The notes under the pieces were generated by a model, which made no database searches, was not told where the DNA came from, and saw only the letters and a list, made by a program, of their open reading frames with translations. DNA of 64,000 nucleotides, from contig JAEOSZ010000089.1 of assembly GCA_016840095.1 (NCBI GenBank), positions 1 to 64,000 of the forward strand, given 5' to 3'. The position numbers were made by a program, and so were the translations under genes. Shown in pieces: positions 1 to 10,540 of the stretch (positions are counted from its first letter, which is position 1; the number at the start of each line of letters is the position of its first letter). The stretch is from Candidatus Heimdallarchaeota archaeon. GTDB lineage: Archaea > Asgardarchaeota > Heimdallarchaeia > Heimdallarchaeales > Heimdallarchaeaceae.

Positions 1-876
1 GTATACTATAATATTGATTCTCCAATTACTCTAGTTACTACAGATGATTCTGAAGATCCTGTTATTACCGGTGTAACTGTTAGTGCAATTAATGGGACAG
101 CTGATCCAGATTCTGTTTTAACATTTAATGCCACAGTCACAGATACTTTGACTAATATTTCACTTGTCACTTTAAGTATTTCAATTACACTTGGAGCAAC
201 AGTAGTCACTGATGATTTCCAAGTTGAAATGACAAGGATTGGCACTAGCGATATCTACACAGTAACTGTAGATTTGTCGCAATTCAGATTCAGAGATTCA
301 GGAACGTATGATCTAGTCTATGATATAGAAGCAACAGATGGTGTTGAAAATACAGATTTAGTTTCTCAGAGTCTAACTGTGGATTATGAGAGAGGTGGAT
401 TAGGTATAAGCAATCTAGGAGCAATCATAGGTGGCGCTGCAGGTGCCATCGTTGTTTTACTAGGTGGGTTGTTCTTATGGTTTAATAGGCACACAATCCA
501 AACTTATGCTAAGAGACAAACATTCAGACGAAGATTAAGAGATTATTTGAGGGAGATTATTGATGATATAAAGAAAGATGGTTTGGAGGGAAGATACAAA
601 CAAGGTCTATTGAAGACTTGGAGTGTTGTGGAGGGAATTGGTAGAGAATTCTTTGATCTCCCAAGATATAGGAGTCAAACCCCTACCGAATTTGCACGAT
701 TATTATCGTATAAAGGTAAAATTGAGCGAGAGCTCATGGGTACTCTATTAGAGTACTTCGAGAAAGCACGTTACAGTTTTGAAGAAATTACTGAGAAGGA
801 CTTCAACGCTGGAGTTCGTGCTTTACTAAAAATAGTAGATAAAATTGAAGTAGGTGAAATGAAAATTGAGTCGTAG
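1..876 (+). CDS. C-terminal part of a large membrane-anchored surface protein with a DUF4129-like cytoplasmic domain (5' truncated)
   Basis: Frame is open from base 1. Ig-like Thr/Val-rich region, TM helix (LGAIIGG...LFLWF), then a TPTEF...FEKARYS...IT pattern typical of DUF4129. Confidence 0.7.
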   Translation, partial: VYYNIDSPITLVTTDDSEDPVITGVTVSAINGTADPDSVLTFNATVTDTLTNISLVTLSISITLGATVVTDDFQVEMTRIGTSDIYTVTVDLSQFRFRDSGTYDLVYDIEATDGVENTDLVSQSLTVDYERGGLGISNLGAIIGGAAGAIVVLLGGLFLWFNRHTIQTYAKRQTFRRRLRDYLREIIDDIKKDGLEGRYKQGLLKTWSVVEGIGREFFDLPRYRSQTPTEFARLLSYKGKIERELMGTLLEYFEKARYSFEEITEKDFNAGVRALLKIVDKIEVGEMKIES

Positions 877-1306
877 TAGATCCTCTGGATTCTTTAAGAG
901 AAGAAAACAAGTTAAAGCATTAAACCAAATGTTTACCTCTGTAATGGCAGATGTGAGAATTTTTGAACAACGACAAGACTATAGAGGAGCAGTAATAGCC
1001 TCTTTTGGAGGTTTAACTAATATTGCTGATGGCCTTCTAGATATGGCCCGTGCTCCTTATGAAACAGGACGAGAATTTGGATTTAATGTAGCAGACAAAG
1101 CCAATATTTCACATGAAGTTATGGATGAATACCTAACATCATTTGAGATTGCGCGCTATACTGATGCTGATATATCTTATGATGACTATCAAGAGGCAGT
1201 CCAGAGACTAGATATCTGTTTCAGAGGAATAAGAGAACAGGGTGTAGAAGTAGTTGAGCCAACAAGAACCAGCAGAACAAGAAAGACAATCAAGAAGAAG
1301 AGCTAG
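866..1306 (+). CDS. DUF4129-like domain protein
   Basis: RAPYETGREF...FEIARY...IS motif; overlaps neighbours in the MoxR operon. Confidence 0.65.
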   Translation: MSRSRSSGFFKRRKQVKALNQMFTSVMADVRIFEQRQDYRGAVIASFGGLTNIADGLLDMARAPYETGREFGFNVADKANISHEVMDEYLTSFEIARYTDADISYDDYQEAVQRLDICFRGIREQGVEVVEPTRTSRTRKTIKKKS

Positions 1307-2903
1307 ATTTAGATTACCTAAATTTAGTTTCACAAAATATTCAATTGTGATGTCTCTTCTGTTCCTAATCGTAGTTGTACCTATTTTTCTAGGTCTTGTA
1401 GGACTAGGAGGATATGGAACAAAATTCAGCATATATAGTGATAGTTGGGATGGCTTATCTAGTATGCGCCAAGTACTTGAAAATGAGGGTTTTACTAACA
1501 TTACTAATGGTATGTCCTCATTGTCCCTATTAAACAGAGTACATGATCCTGGTGTTTTTGCTATAATTGGTCCAGCAACCCAATATAGTATGACCGATAC
1601 AATCTCTCTAGTAACTTTCCTAGCGAGAGGTGGTAGTTTACTTGTAGCAGATGATTATGGCACAGGAGCGGAGATTTTCGAACCTTTGTTTAATATAATC
1701 AACACATGGGATCAAATTGCCTTATTACAAGGAGGTATACCAACCTTATCCGAAATGTTTGGATTTGGTGATAATGGAACAGTAACAGAAGAAACACTTT
1801 TCTTTTCGTTACTTACCCAAATTAAAGGATTTGCTTTTAATGGTTCTGTTTTAATGGATGCAGAAAGCTATACAGTTAATCCTGCACAACCAAAAATAAC
1901 ACCTGCAATTTCAACACCATTAACAGATGGTGTAGATGAACTTCAGATGGAGTTTGGAACAGCACTAAGTATTGCAATGAACCACACATACTTTCTAGAT
2001 GAAGCTGAAACAGTAAAATCGCATAAAATTGATTGGATGCCATTACAAGCAATTAACTTACTTGAGCATCTAGGAATTGATGGAGGATATTTCTTCTTGC
2101 CGTTTCTTCCATTCTATACAAGTGTATCTAGTTGGTTAGAATCAGATTTTCAATCAGCAAAAGATGGAACAGCAACTCCTGATGAATATGAGTGGGGTGG
2201 TACAATGTTTGCGCCAATAATGACATTACCAATAGGTCGAGGAAAAATAGTCATGATTGGTGATCCGGATATTTTCATCAATAAATGGATTGAACAAACC
2301 ACAGAGAATGATAATGCACAATTTGCAATTAATTTGTTCAACTATCTCACAGAGAATATCAATGCAACTGATACAAAGGCAGTACCAATAATTTTTGATG
2401 AAGGACATGCTCATCAGAAATTCTATAGCGCAACCGTTTATTCAATGGTTTTGATGAGGTTTATTACAGAAATGTCAATGTTTCCTCTCTATGCACCATT
2501 TATGCCAATTATTTTTGCAATATTAGGCTATCGTCTTATACCAAAGAAAACCCGTTTAACTCCGATACTCTGGACAAAATATCGAGGTGAAAAAGGAAGA
2601 TCGAGATTTGAAAGAGAAATACGGAGAATAGTTGACACGGGTGCGTATAGTGAAGCAGTAGGTCTTCTCTATAGAACACTGTTGAGAGGACTGAGAAAAG
2701 TGACTAAAGAATCAATGTCAACTCCAGAAGAAGTAGCAGGTTATTTTAGTGAAAGAGATTCATCACTAAGACAAAAAGATCTGCTCGAAACACTAGTTAG
2801 AATTGATGCCTATTTGGCAAGACCACGTGTTCTTCCCGAACACGTGTTTATGAGATATATGACATTTATCAAGGGTTTAATCGATAGATTGCCCGTTGTT
2901 TAA
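1254..2903 (+). CDS. DUF4350-like membrane protein of the MoxR operon
   Basis: N-terminal TM, WDGLS, GGSLLVADD and GRGKIVMIGDPDIFIN motifs, second TM, DUF4129-like tail. Confidence 0.65.
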   Translation: MSQQEPAEQERQSRRRARFRLPKFSFTKYSIVMSLLFLIVVVPIFLGLVGLGGYGTKFSIYSDSWDGLSSMRQVLENEGFTNITNGMSSLSLLNRVHDPGVFAIIGPATQYSMTDTISLVTFLARGGSLLVADDYGTGAEIFEPLFNIINTWDQIALLQGGIPTLSEMFGFGDNGTVTEETLFFSLLTQIKGFAFNGSVLMDAESYTVNPAQPKITPAISTPLTDGVDELQMEFGTALSIAMNHTYFLDEAETVKSHKIDWMPLQAINLLEHLGIDGGYFFLPFLPFYTSVSSWLESDFQSAKDGTATPDEYEWGGTMFAPIMTLPIGRGKIVMIGDPDIFINKWIEQTTENDNAQFAINLFNYLTENINATDTKAVPIIFDEGHAHQKFYSATVYSMVLMRFITEMSMFPLYAPFMPIIFAILGYRLIPKKTRLTPILWTKYRGEKGRSRFEREIRRIVDTGAYSEAVGLLYRTLLRGLRKVTKESMSTPEEVAGYFSERDSSLRQKDLLETLVRIDAYLARPRVLPEHVFMRYMTFIKGLIDRLPVV

Positions 2904-2923
2904 AAAAAGGAAAAGTGAAAAAA

Positions 2924-3931
2924 ATGAGTGAAGAAAAAAATGAAGAAGTAAAAAAAGAAGCGAAAGCTAAAGCAGCTACTGAAGCAGTTGTTACTCCTAA
3001 AGATATCAAGAGAGTGTGGGATGAAATCTACAGTGAACTAGGTAGAGTAATCATTGGAAAACTCGATGTTCTTGAAGATATGTTCATCTCTTTACTTGGT
3101 GGAGGACACAGCTTGTTAGAAGGAGTTCCAGGTATAGCTAAAACAGTGATGGCAAAATCTTTTGCTCAAACACTTGGTTGTGAGTTCAAAAGAGTGCAAT
3201 TCACTCCAGATTTACTCCCTTCAGATGTTGTAGGGACAACAATCTATGACCCTAAAGCTGGAACATTTAAGATGAGAAAAGGACCCATCTTTACAAATAT
3301 ACTTCTAGCAGACGAAATTAACAGAAGCCCTCCAAAGACACAAGCAGCACTCTTGGAAGCAATGGCAGAAAAGCAAGTAACAGTAGAAGGAACAACCTTC
3401 AAACTAGAAGATCCGTTTCTAGTAATTGCAACACAAAACCCAATTGAGCAAGAAGGAACATATCCTTTGCCAGAAGCTCAAGTAGACAGGTTTATGTTCA
3501 AACTATTAGTAGATCTGCCATCACCTGAAGAGGAGATTGATATTATTAAGTTGAAACACAACCAGATTCGACAAACTGTCCGCAGAGTAACTACTCCAAT
3601 GACAATTGTCAAGATGAAGGAAACTGTTGAAACCAGAATTTACGTCCATGAAGATCTTATGGATTATATTCGAGATTTGACAGTATCAACCCGAACTGAT
3701 CCAAGACTTATTCTTGGTGGAAGCCCAAGGTGTAGTATTGCTTTATTAAATGCTGCAAAATCCGTCGCTGCGATGCGTGGAAGAGACTATGTCATTCCAG
3801 ACGATGTCAAACGTATTGCAAGAGTAGCTTCTGCACACAGGTTACAAATGAAACCTGAAGCGGAATTGGAAGGTACAACTGGTACAATGGTTGTCAATGA
3901 GATATTGAGAAATCTACCAGTACCCGTATAG
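2924..3931 (+). CDS. moxR: MoxR-family AAA+ ATPase
   Basis: Walker A GVPGIAKT, RVQFTPDLLPSD, Walker B LLADEINR, ATQNPIEQEGTYPLPEAQVDRF. Confidence 0.95.
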   Translation: MSEEKNEEVKKEAKAKAATEAVVTPKDIKRVWDEIYSELGRVIIGKLDVLEDMFISLLGGGHSLLEGVPGIAKTVMAKSFAQTLGCEFKRVQFTPDLLPSDVVGTTIYDPKAGTFKMRKGPIFTNILLADEINRSPPKTQAALLEAMAEKQVTVEGTTFKLEDPFLVIATQNPIEQEGTYPLPEAQVDRFMFKLLVDLPSPEEEIDIIKLKHNQIRQTVRRVTTPMTIVKMKETVETRIYVHEDLMDYIRDLTVSTRTDPRLILGGSPRCSIALLNAAKSVAAMRGRDYVIPDDVKRIARVASAHRLQMKPEAELEGTTGTMVVNEILRNLPVPV

Positions 3932-3956
3932 AATCAGAAATAATAGGTGGAAAAAA

Positions 3957-5405
3957 TTGTTTACGCGTCGGGGCGGCTGGCTAATCTTTGCAGGAATCAT
4001 TATGATTAGCGCAGGCTTTGCACTAGCAGGGTACCTATCACTTAATGTGATGCTGGACTCTTTTGGTGTTAACCCAGAAATAAATCATCCAGATTTCGAA
4101 CACGATCCTGAAGGATTTGGTGTTATGGATTTCCTTCATTTCTATATAGATATACAAGGAACTCTCATCTGGTTTTTCATAATTGGTGGTGTGATGCTAA
4201 TCTTTTCAGTACTATTAGGACTGCCATTTTATAGGCTTGGATCTAATCCGAAGTCCATAGAGATTAAAAGAAGAGTATCAAAACCAAAAGCCTTCGCTGG
4301 TGATTATGTATATATCGAAGTAACTGCCAGAAACAAATCAGTTAACCAATTACCAGCTATCGAGATTTATGATGCCATACCAGAAGTTTTTGATTTGATT
4401 TTAGGAGAAAATTTCATTGTAACACAGCTTAATCCTAGACAAACCATTTCCTATGGATATGTTGTAAGAATTCCTATTAGAGGACTATTTGAAATTGGTC
4501 CAACTAAAGTTATCATTAGAGATAGAATGGGTTTCTATGCAACAGAAGGAGAGATAAAATCAAAGACTGAAATTCTAGTTTATCCAAGTTATGAGGATAT
4601 CAAGAAATTAGAAATGGTAGGTAAGAAAAGACAACTGGGATTGTTATTTGGGTTCCACAGAACCAAACTAAAAGGAATGGGGAGCGATTTCTGGGGCATT
4701 AGAAAGTACCAGACTGGTGATCCTTTCAAATTTATTGATTGGAAAGCTTTCTCCCGTTCTGGTAAAATGATGGTTCGTGAATTTGAATCTGAAGAAAATA
4801 TCCGAGTGATAGTTCTATTAGATTCCTCTGCTAGTATGGGAGCTGGTTTACCAAGAAATACAAAATTAGAATATGCAATAAGAAGTGCAGTTCTATTAGT
4901 TCATCTTGCTTTCGAAAAGAAAGATTTAGTGGGGATGTGTATATATAACGATAAAGTTAGAAACTGGGTAGATGTAACTTCAACAAGAACAAGATTATTC
5001 CAATTTTTAGAAGCATTAGCCTATGCAAAACCTGAAGGTGAAGCTGATCTTGAAGTTGCGATTAATTACTTGCTTCAAAGAGTGAAGAGATCATCTTACA
5101 TCGTAATTTTATCAGATCTTGAATCGCACCCAGACCGATTAGTGAAAGCTGTAAGACGTGCTAGAGCACAGAAACATAACATAACAGTTATTTCACCATT
5201 TGGTCCATGGTTTGAGATTGTTTCTCAGCAACTAACTCCAGTAGAACAGATGATTGGTCATGCTATGGTTGAAAAGCAACTAGGAGAAAGGCAGAATATG
5301 TTTAAGATGCTTAGAAGATATGATTCTGTTTCTATTTCAGTAGGACCTGATGACTTTCTGCCAACAATTATGGCTCAATTTAATAGAATGCAAAGACAGG
5401 GGTGA
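3957..5405 (+). CDS. DUF58 / VWA-domain protein
   Basis: DFWGIRKYQTGD...IDWKA...VREFESE and MIDAS-like DSSASM; directly follows moxR. Confidence 0.9.
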   Translation: MFTRRGGWLIFAGIIMISAGFALAGYLSLNVMLDSFGVNPEINHPDFEHDPEGFGVMDFLHFYIDIQGTLIWFFIIGGVMLIFSVLLGLPFYRLGSNPKSIEIKRRVSKPKAFAGDYVYIEVTARNKSVNQLPAIEIYDAIPEVFDLILGENFIVTQLNPRQTISYGYVVRIPIRGLFEIGPTKVIIRDRMGFYATEGEIKSKTEILVYPSYEDIKKLEMVGKKRQLGLLFGFHRTKLKGMGSDFWGIRKYQTGDPFKFIDWKAFSRSGKMMVREFESEENIRVIVLLDSSASMGAGLPRNTKLEYAIRSAVLLVHLAFEKKDLVGMCIYNDKVRNWVDVTSTRTRLFQFLEALAYAKPEGEADLEVAINYLLQRVKRSSYIVILSDLESHPDRLVKAVRRARAQKHNITVISPFGPWFEIVSQQLTPVEQMIGHAMVEKQLGERQNMFKMLRRYDSVSISVGPDDFLPTIMAQFNRMQRQG

Positions 5406-5412
5406 CAAAAGT

Positions 5413-6930
5413 ATGGAATCATTATCAGACACAAGAATTATTGACCTGGGTATAAGAGGAGTACAAAGTAGAATAAGAGGAGCAAGAACTCAGACTCTAA
5501 TTACATATTTAATTGGTAGATTAATCGCAATTGGTGCAATAGTCTGGGTAGGAATAGAATTATTTTCATTAATTGATTTTGCGAATCCAGCTTTATTCCC
5601 AGAAGGACATATGTTAGATGCTCTATCATTCCTATTCATAATTATAGAACTTATAGCCGTGATTATATTTGTCGCACCTTTGATGATTTTTCTAGCATTT
5701 GGAGGTGGTGATGCTGAATCAATTCTTAATGGAGCACGAGCTTTTCTAACGGGAGATTTATTCAACAATATTCAACCACCAGTTGGTATGGATACTGATT
5801 TACTCTATGGATCTGATCCTCTGGATATGTTTTCCTCATTCCAGTATGCATTCTCAATGGATGTGATCTTTCCTCTCAAAGCTATTTTCAGAGCTTCAAT
5901 TCTGATGTTGTTTGTGATACTATTAGCAATATCTTTAGCAGCCTTCCTTTTCAGAGCTGATATGCGTTCAGCAGCTGCAGCTTTTGTTAGTATTCAATTC
6001 ATCGTATTTTATGGAAGTGTTAAACATCTATTCAAGAGTAATTTCAGGTTTTCACCAACAAAGAACTTTGGTGAGTTGTTCACGAATGATGTAGTTATAA
6101 TTGCTTTATCTTCATACTTGTTCTTAGAGATAGCGTTACAAATATCATATATTTCTCAGATTTTAAACCCGGCGCAAAGTAGGCAACAAAGAGTTCTAAG
6201 AGCACTTGATAGGTTAAGTGAATTTAGGTTAGGAATCACAGGAACCACGACTCCTAGCCCAATACTTGCTGCTGAAGAAGCAACCTCAGAAGAAGGAGAG
6301 AAAAAAGCGGGATATTCTATAGGAGCAACAGGTAGTTCTATAGCTAGAAAATTCGGTGTTGCAGGTATGACCTATTTCTTAGAGAAGGCTTCAGATTCTC
6401 TATTTTCAAGACCTGGAGGTCAGCAGGATAAACTTACAGCTCGACTCCAAAGATATCACGATGGACTTGTCCACAGTGATCCAAGAGTTGATGAAAAATT
6501 AGTCGGAGCTGCAGTTATTATTAAACCTCTGATGACAATAGTTTATGTTCTAACATCAGTAATATTCAGAGTATTAATTATGCTAGCTGGATTATATGTC
6601 ATCCTAAACCCAGATGTGTTATTATTTATTCTAAGATATCCTCCTTCAGTATACAATTCTCTGGAGATGTTACAACCAGAAGGTGTAGTTCTATTGCTAA
6701 TACCAATTGTTGTTTTCATATTACTTCTGACATCATTAATTGGTTATATCCAAGAAAGATTCTCAAAACGATTTGAGGATGCTCTTGATCCAATTTTAGA
6801 TGATCAAGAATTTATGGAAGAAGAACTACCAGGTATTATTACAGAAGGTGAACTTGAGCCAATTTCTGAAGAAGATCTATTCTACGAACAATTAACTGAT
6901 GAATTTGGCGAAGGTGTAGATGAAGAATAA
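5413..6930 (+). CDS. Multi-pass membrane protein, last gene of the MoxR operon
   Basis: Several hydrophobic helices and an acidic tail; ATG 5413 follows a GGTGA RBS. Confidence 0.75.
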   Translation: MESLSDTRIIDLGIRGVQSRIRGARTQTLITYLIGRLIAIGAIVWVGIELFSLIDFANPALFPEGHMLDALSFLFIIIELIAVIIFVAPLMIFLAFGGGDAESILNGARAFLTGDLFNNIQPPVGMDTDLLYGSDPLDMFSSFQYAFSMDVIFPLKAIFRASILMLFVILLAISLAAFLFRADMRSAAAAFVSIQFIVFYGSVKHLFKSNFRFSPTKNFGELFTNDVVIIALSSYLFLEIALQISYISQILNPAQSRQQRVLRALDRLSEFRLGITGTTTPSPILAAEEATSEEGEKKAGYSIGATGSSIARKFGVAGMTYFLEKASDSLFSRPGGQQDKLTARLQRYHDGLVHSDPRVDEKLVGAAVIIKPLMTIVYVLTSVIFRVLIMLAGLYVILNPDVLLFILRYPPSVYNSLEMLQPEGVVLLLIPIVVFILLLTSLIGYIQERFSKRFEDALDPILDDQEFMEEELPGIITEGELEPISEEDLFYEQLTDEFGEGVDEE

Positions 6931-7032
6931 AAGCACTCATCTTTTCCTTTTTACTTTTTCTATTTTATTAATGTCTCAATTGATTTTCAAAATGAATGAA
7001 ATGAATTAAATGAAAAATAAAGAAAAGGAGGA

Positions 7033-9264
7033 TTAGGTTCGTTTATACATGAAACGTTCCCAATTTGATACATCTGGAACTTGTGGAGCTAGTTCTTTGC
7101 GAACACGTATAGCTTCAATAGTTTCTTCCTCTAGATTTGTAGGAACACGTTCGAAACCTGTAAATTCATAACCAAAGAAAGCTCTACCAGAACTGCTTCC
7201 ACGAATTTCATCTGCAAGATCAATTGTTTCAGCTGTAGGTAGTTTTCCACGTATTCTAGTGTTTTCACCTTCTTGTATCATATCCATAATAATCCCTCTA
7301 TGTTGGGTTATTACTTTGGACATATTTCCAACGTAATCTGAGGGTACTTTAATGTCAATTATTTGCATTGGTTCTAGCAATTGTGGGTCACTGGTTAGAA
7401 ATGTTGTATGATATGCTGCTAAACACATTTGAAAGATTTCAGTAAAACCTGTATGTGCAGGATCAACGTGAACAGTTGCATCAGTTATTGTAAATAATGA
7501 ACCCATAAGAGGTTCTTTTGCTAAGGTAGCACCATTGCAAAAATCAATGAAAACCTGAATGATATATTGCTTAATATTATCCAATCTTTGGACACCAGTT
7601 GTTGCATCGATAATCATGTTTGTATCTTGAATGTGCCAGATTCTTCTTGCTCTTTTGGCTTCCCAACCACCTTCCTCTTGAAGAATTCTTGCTCTATCTC
7701 TTCTTTCTTGATCATTATTAACCTTACCAGAACTAATCAAATCAATTGTAGCTTTGTTAAGAGGTTGAACATGTATCATTAGTCTGTTATGACCATTTGG
7801 AGATTTGGCATGAACGCTGATTCCAGCTTTAGTTGGTACTTCTCTGTAAACAATGATTGGATCACTTACATCAATTTGTACTTGTTCCTGAATTCTTGTT
7901 ACAAGGATTTCAATTTGAAGTGGATCAATACCAGATAAAACATATGTTTTTGATTCTTGGTCATGCCTGAATGCTGCGGTTGGATCAGCCATAATCCATT
8001 TTGAGACTACTTCACCAAGCTTTGCAATATCTTGTGGATCTTTTGGTTTAATAGTTCTACTTACAACTGGTTCTGCTACATAGGATATTTCTTCAAAAGG
8101 AGTAAGAGTTCCTTTATCTTCCTCTTTGATAAAAGTTTCACCAGCTGGAGTTATGAAACCATAAATAGCAAATAAGTTCCCTGCGGGAACCTCATCAACA
8201 TCAAGAATATCAGTGATTTCCATGACACCAAGGCGTTTGATTCTAGCTGATGTCTTTTTTCCAACTAGATATAGCGTATCAGAACTTCGAAGAGTTCCTG
8301 AAAATACTCTTCCAATTAGTGTTGGTCGTTTGGATTTTGGTTCAATGAAAATTTTGGTGATCATCCCCATTAATGGACCATTGCGATCACAATTGAGTAA
8401 TGCTTGTCCTTCAGGAGATTTTATATCTCCTCCCCAGATTGCGGGAATTTTTACTTTTTGTCCTTCAATAGGATTAGGTAGATGTACAATAACCATTTCT
8501 AGTAAAGGTTCTTCTAATGGAAGGTTTTGTCTTAACCAATCCTTATCGTCTTCATCATATTTGGCAAAAACATCTTGAGGTGTAATCTGTAAACGCATCA
8601 AAGTTGTCATGTTAAAAGCCCAACCGTCTTTTGCACTGCCTACAGCTACTGAACCATCTTTGAACGATACTTGCCAATCCTTTCCAAATCCTTTAGGAGC
8701 ATTATCTCTGATTAGTTTATTAACACCATTAATAATATTATCAATTTTTTGAAAAACATCTCCTGGTGCTAATCTTAATTCAGATATTAACCTGTCAACT
8801 TTGTTTATGAAAAGAACAGGCTTACATTTTTCATTTAAACTTAATCTGATATTTGTTTCAGTTTGTGTCATTACGCCTTCAAGGGCGTCTACTAATAAAA
8901 TAACACCATCAGAACCACGAAGAGCTCTACTTACTTCACCAGTAAAACTAATGTGTCCAGGTGTGTCGTTAATTTCAAAAAGATAGGATTGTTTTTCTCC
9001 TTCCTTGGTTTCATATTCATAGTTTAATAAAACAACACTTGTGAAGATGGTAATACCTCTTTCTTGTTCTTCTTCATCAGAGTCCATCATAACCTTTTTA
9101 CCCGCATCTGCGTCTGACATCAGACCTGCTTTACGTAGGAGATAGTCACTTGTTGTTGTTTTTCCGTGATCAATATGAGCTGCAATCGAGAATACTCTTC
9201 TCAATTCCATTGGGTGATTCTTAATCATATCTCTAATTTCATCTGGATTCTTAACTCGAACCAT
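7033..9264 (-). CDS. fusA: Translation elongation factor 2, divergent (possible aEF-2 paralog)
   Basis: AHIDHGKTT, ERGITI, DTPGH, NKVD and EF-2 domain IV/V motifs; diphthamide loop reads HVDPAHTG. Confidence 0.92.
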   Translation of the reverse strand: MVRVKNPDEIRDMIKNHPMELRRVFSIAAHIDHGKTTTSDYLLRKAGLMSDADAGKKVMMDSDEEEQERGITIFTSVVLLNYEYETKEGEKQSYLFEINDTPGHISFTGEVSRALRGSDGVILLVDALEGVMTQTETNIRLSLNEKCKPVLFINKVDRLISELRLAPGDVFQKIDNIINGVNKLIRDNAPKGFGKDWQVSFKDGSVAVGSAKDGWAFNMTTLMRLQITPQDVFAKYDEDDKDWLRQNLPLEEPLLEMVIVHLPNPIEGQKVKIPAIWGGDIKSPEGQALLNCDRNGPLMGMITKIFIEPKSKRPTLIGRVFSGTLRSSDTLYLVGKKTSARIKRLGVMEITDILDVDEVPAGNLFAIYGFITPAGETFIKEEDKGTLTPFEEISYVAEPVVSRTIKPKDPQDIAKLGEVVSKWIMADPTAAFRHDQESKTYVLSGIDPLQIEILVTRIQEQVQIDVSDPIIVYREVPTKAGISVHAKSPNGHNRLMIHVQPLNKATIDLISSGKVNNDQERRDRARILQEEGGWEAKRARRIWHIQDTNMIIDATTGVQRLDNIKQYIIQVFIDFCNGATLAKEPLMGSLFTITDATVHVDPAHTGFTEIFQMCLAAYHTTFLTSDPQLLEPMQIIDIKVPSDYVGNMSKVITQHRGIIMDMIQEGENTRIRGKLPTAETIDLADEIRGSSSGRAFFGYEFTGFERVPTNLEEETIEAIRVRKELAPQVPDVSNWERFMYKRT

Positions 9265-9388
9265 TTTTATCACATAATTGTGCTTTGAGGCTATTTTCAA
9301 AAGGTTGAATTATAAATATAGTGTTTATTCATTTTTTCTTTAATTCTACAAAGCTTTATTAGCTTAAAATTTTCTGTCTCCTCTGAAT

Positions 9389-10540
9389 ATGGTCTCAATA
9401 CGTGGTAATGCACTGCTTGGTTCAAATTTAACATTTACTGAGAATGTTACAATTGAGGTTGATGATGAAGGAATAATTGTAGACATATCTAAAGGAAAGA
9501 AAGAAGCGGATTATTATTTATCTTCTTCATGTGTGATTATTCCAGGTTTCATAAATGCTCATATGCATCTTGGAGATGCTTTTCTTAAAGACCATACATA
9601 TGGTTTATCTCTCGAGGAAGCGGTGGGACCAGATGGTGTTAAACATAGCAAAATGAAAACAAGTAATCCTGAGGAAAAAAGTGAAAGCATAAGGAACTCA
9701 TTAGAGTTGCTAATACAAAATGGCTATACTTCTTTTGTAGATTTCAGAGAAGAGGGAATTAAAGGAATAAATCTGTTAAGAAATGAATTGAAAAAGTATC
9801 CAATTTGTGGAATAATTTTAGGACGTCAAACAGAGGAAAACACGTTTGAAGAAGTAGTTAAAAGCTGTGATGGACTAGGAATACGAGATGTTTTTGCTCT
9901 AAACCAAGAAGACTATACTACTCTCTCAAAATTGAAAACAAATGATCCATCAATCTTAATGGGAATTCATGTTTCTGAATCAGAAGAAGTGATTAACGAA
10001 TCTGTTTCAAAATTTGATAAACGAGATATAGCTATTGTTGCTGAGAACACCATATTTGATTTTGTTGTTCACGCAAATTACTCTGAAGAGAAGGAACTTA
10101 AACTCTTAAGTCAGCAAAATATCAATATTGTCTGTTGTCCAGTTTCAAGCTTATACTTTGGACTGAAATTTCCTCCTCTAGAGTTAATTTATAGAAATAA
10201 CATCTTGTTTGGACTTGGCACTGATAATGTGTTATCTTGCAACCCCGATCCATTCAGACTCATGGCTTTTACACTTTACAGCACAAGAGCTAATGACCAA
10301 GATATTTCTCCAAAGGAAATATTGAAAGCGATTACAGTAAATGCTGGATTTATACTAAAGCGAAAAATTGGTCAGCTAGAAATTGGTTTTAGCGGAGACC
10401 TTCTAGCAATAGATTTAGAAAGCTTTAATATGAAATTTTCTAGGGACGTTTATACTGCCATTACACTACGCGCTGACCCATCAGATATTTGTCTTCAGAT
10501 GTATAAAGGAAAGGTGATTAAATGGAAAGACCAGAAGTAA
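9389..10540 (+). CDS. Metal-dependent amidohydrolase/deaminase
   Basis: PGFINAHMH, HVSE, VVHAN and GLGTDN motifs. Confidence 0.88.
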   Translation: MVSIRGNALLGSNLTFTENVTIEVDDEGIIVDISKGKKEADYYLSSSCVIIPGFINAHMHLGDAFLKDHTYGLSLEEAVGPDGVKHSKMKTSNPEEKSESIRNSLELLIQNGYTSFVDFREEGIKGINLLRNELKKYPICGIILGRQTEENTFEEVVKSCDGLGIRDVFALNQEDYTTLSKLKTNDPSILMGIHVSESEEVINESVSKFDKRDIAIVAENTIFDFVVHANYSEEKELKLLSQQNINIVCCPVSSLYFGLKFPPLELIYRNNILFGLGTDNVLSCNPDPFRLMAFTLYSTRANDQDISPKEILKAITVNAGFILKRKIGQLEIGFSGDLLAIDLESFNMKFSRDVYTAITLRADPSDICLQMYKGKVIKWKDQK

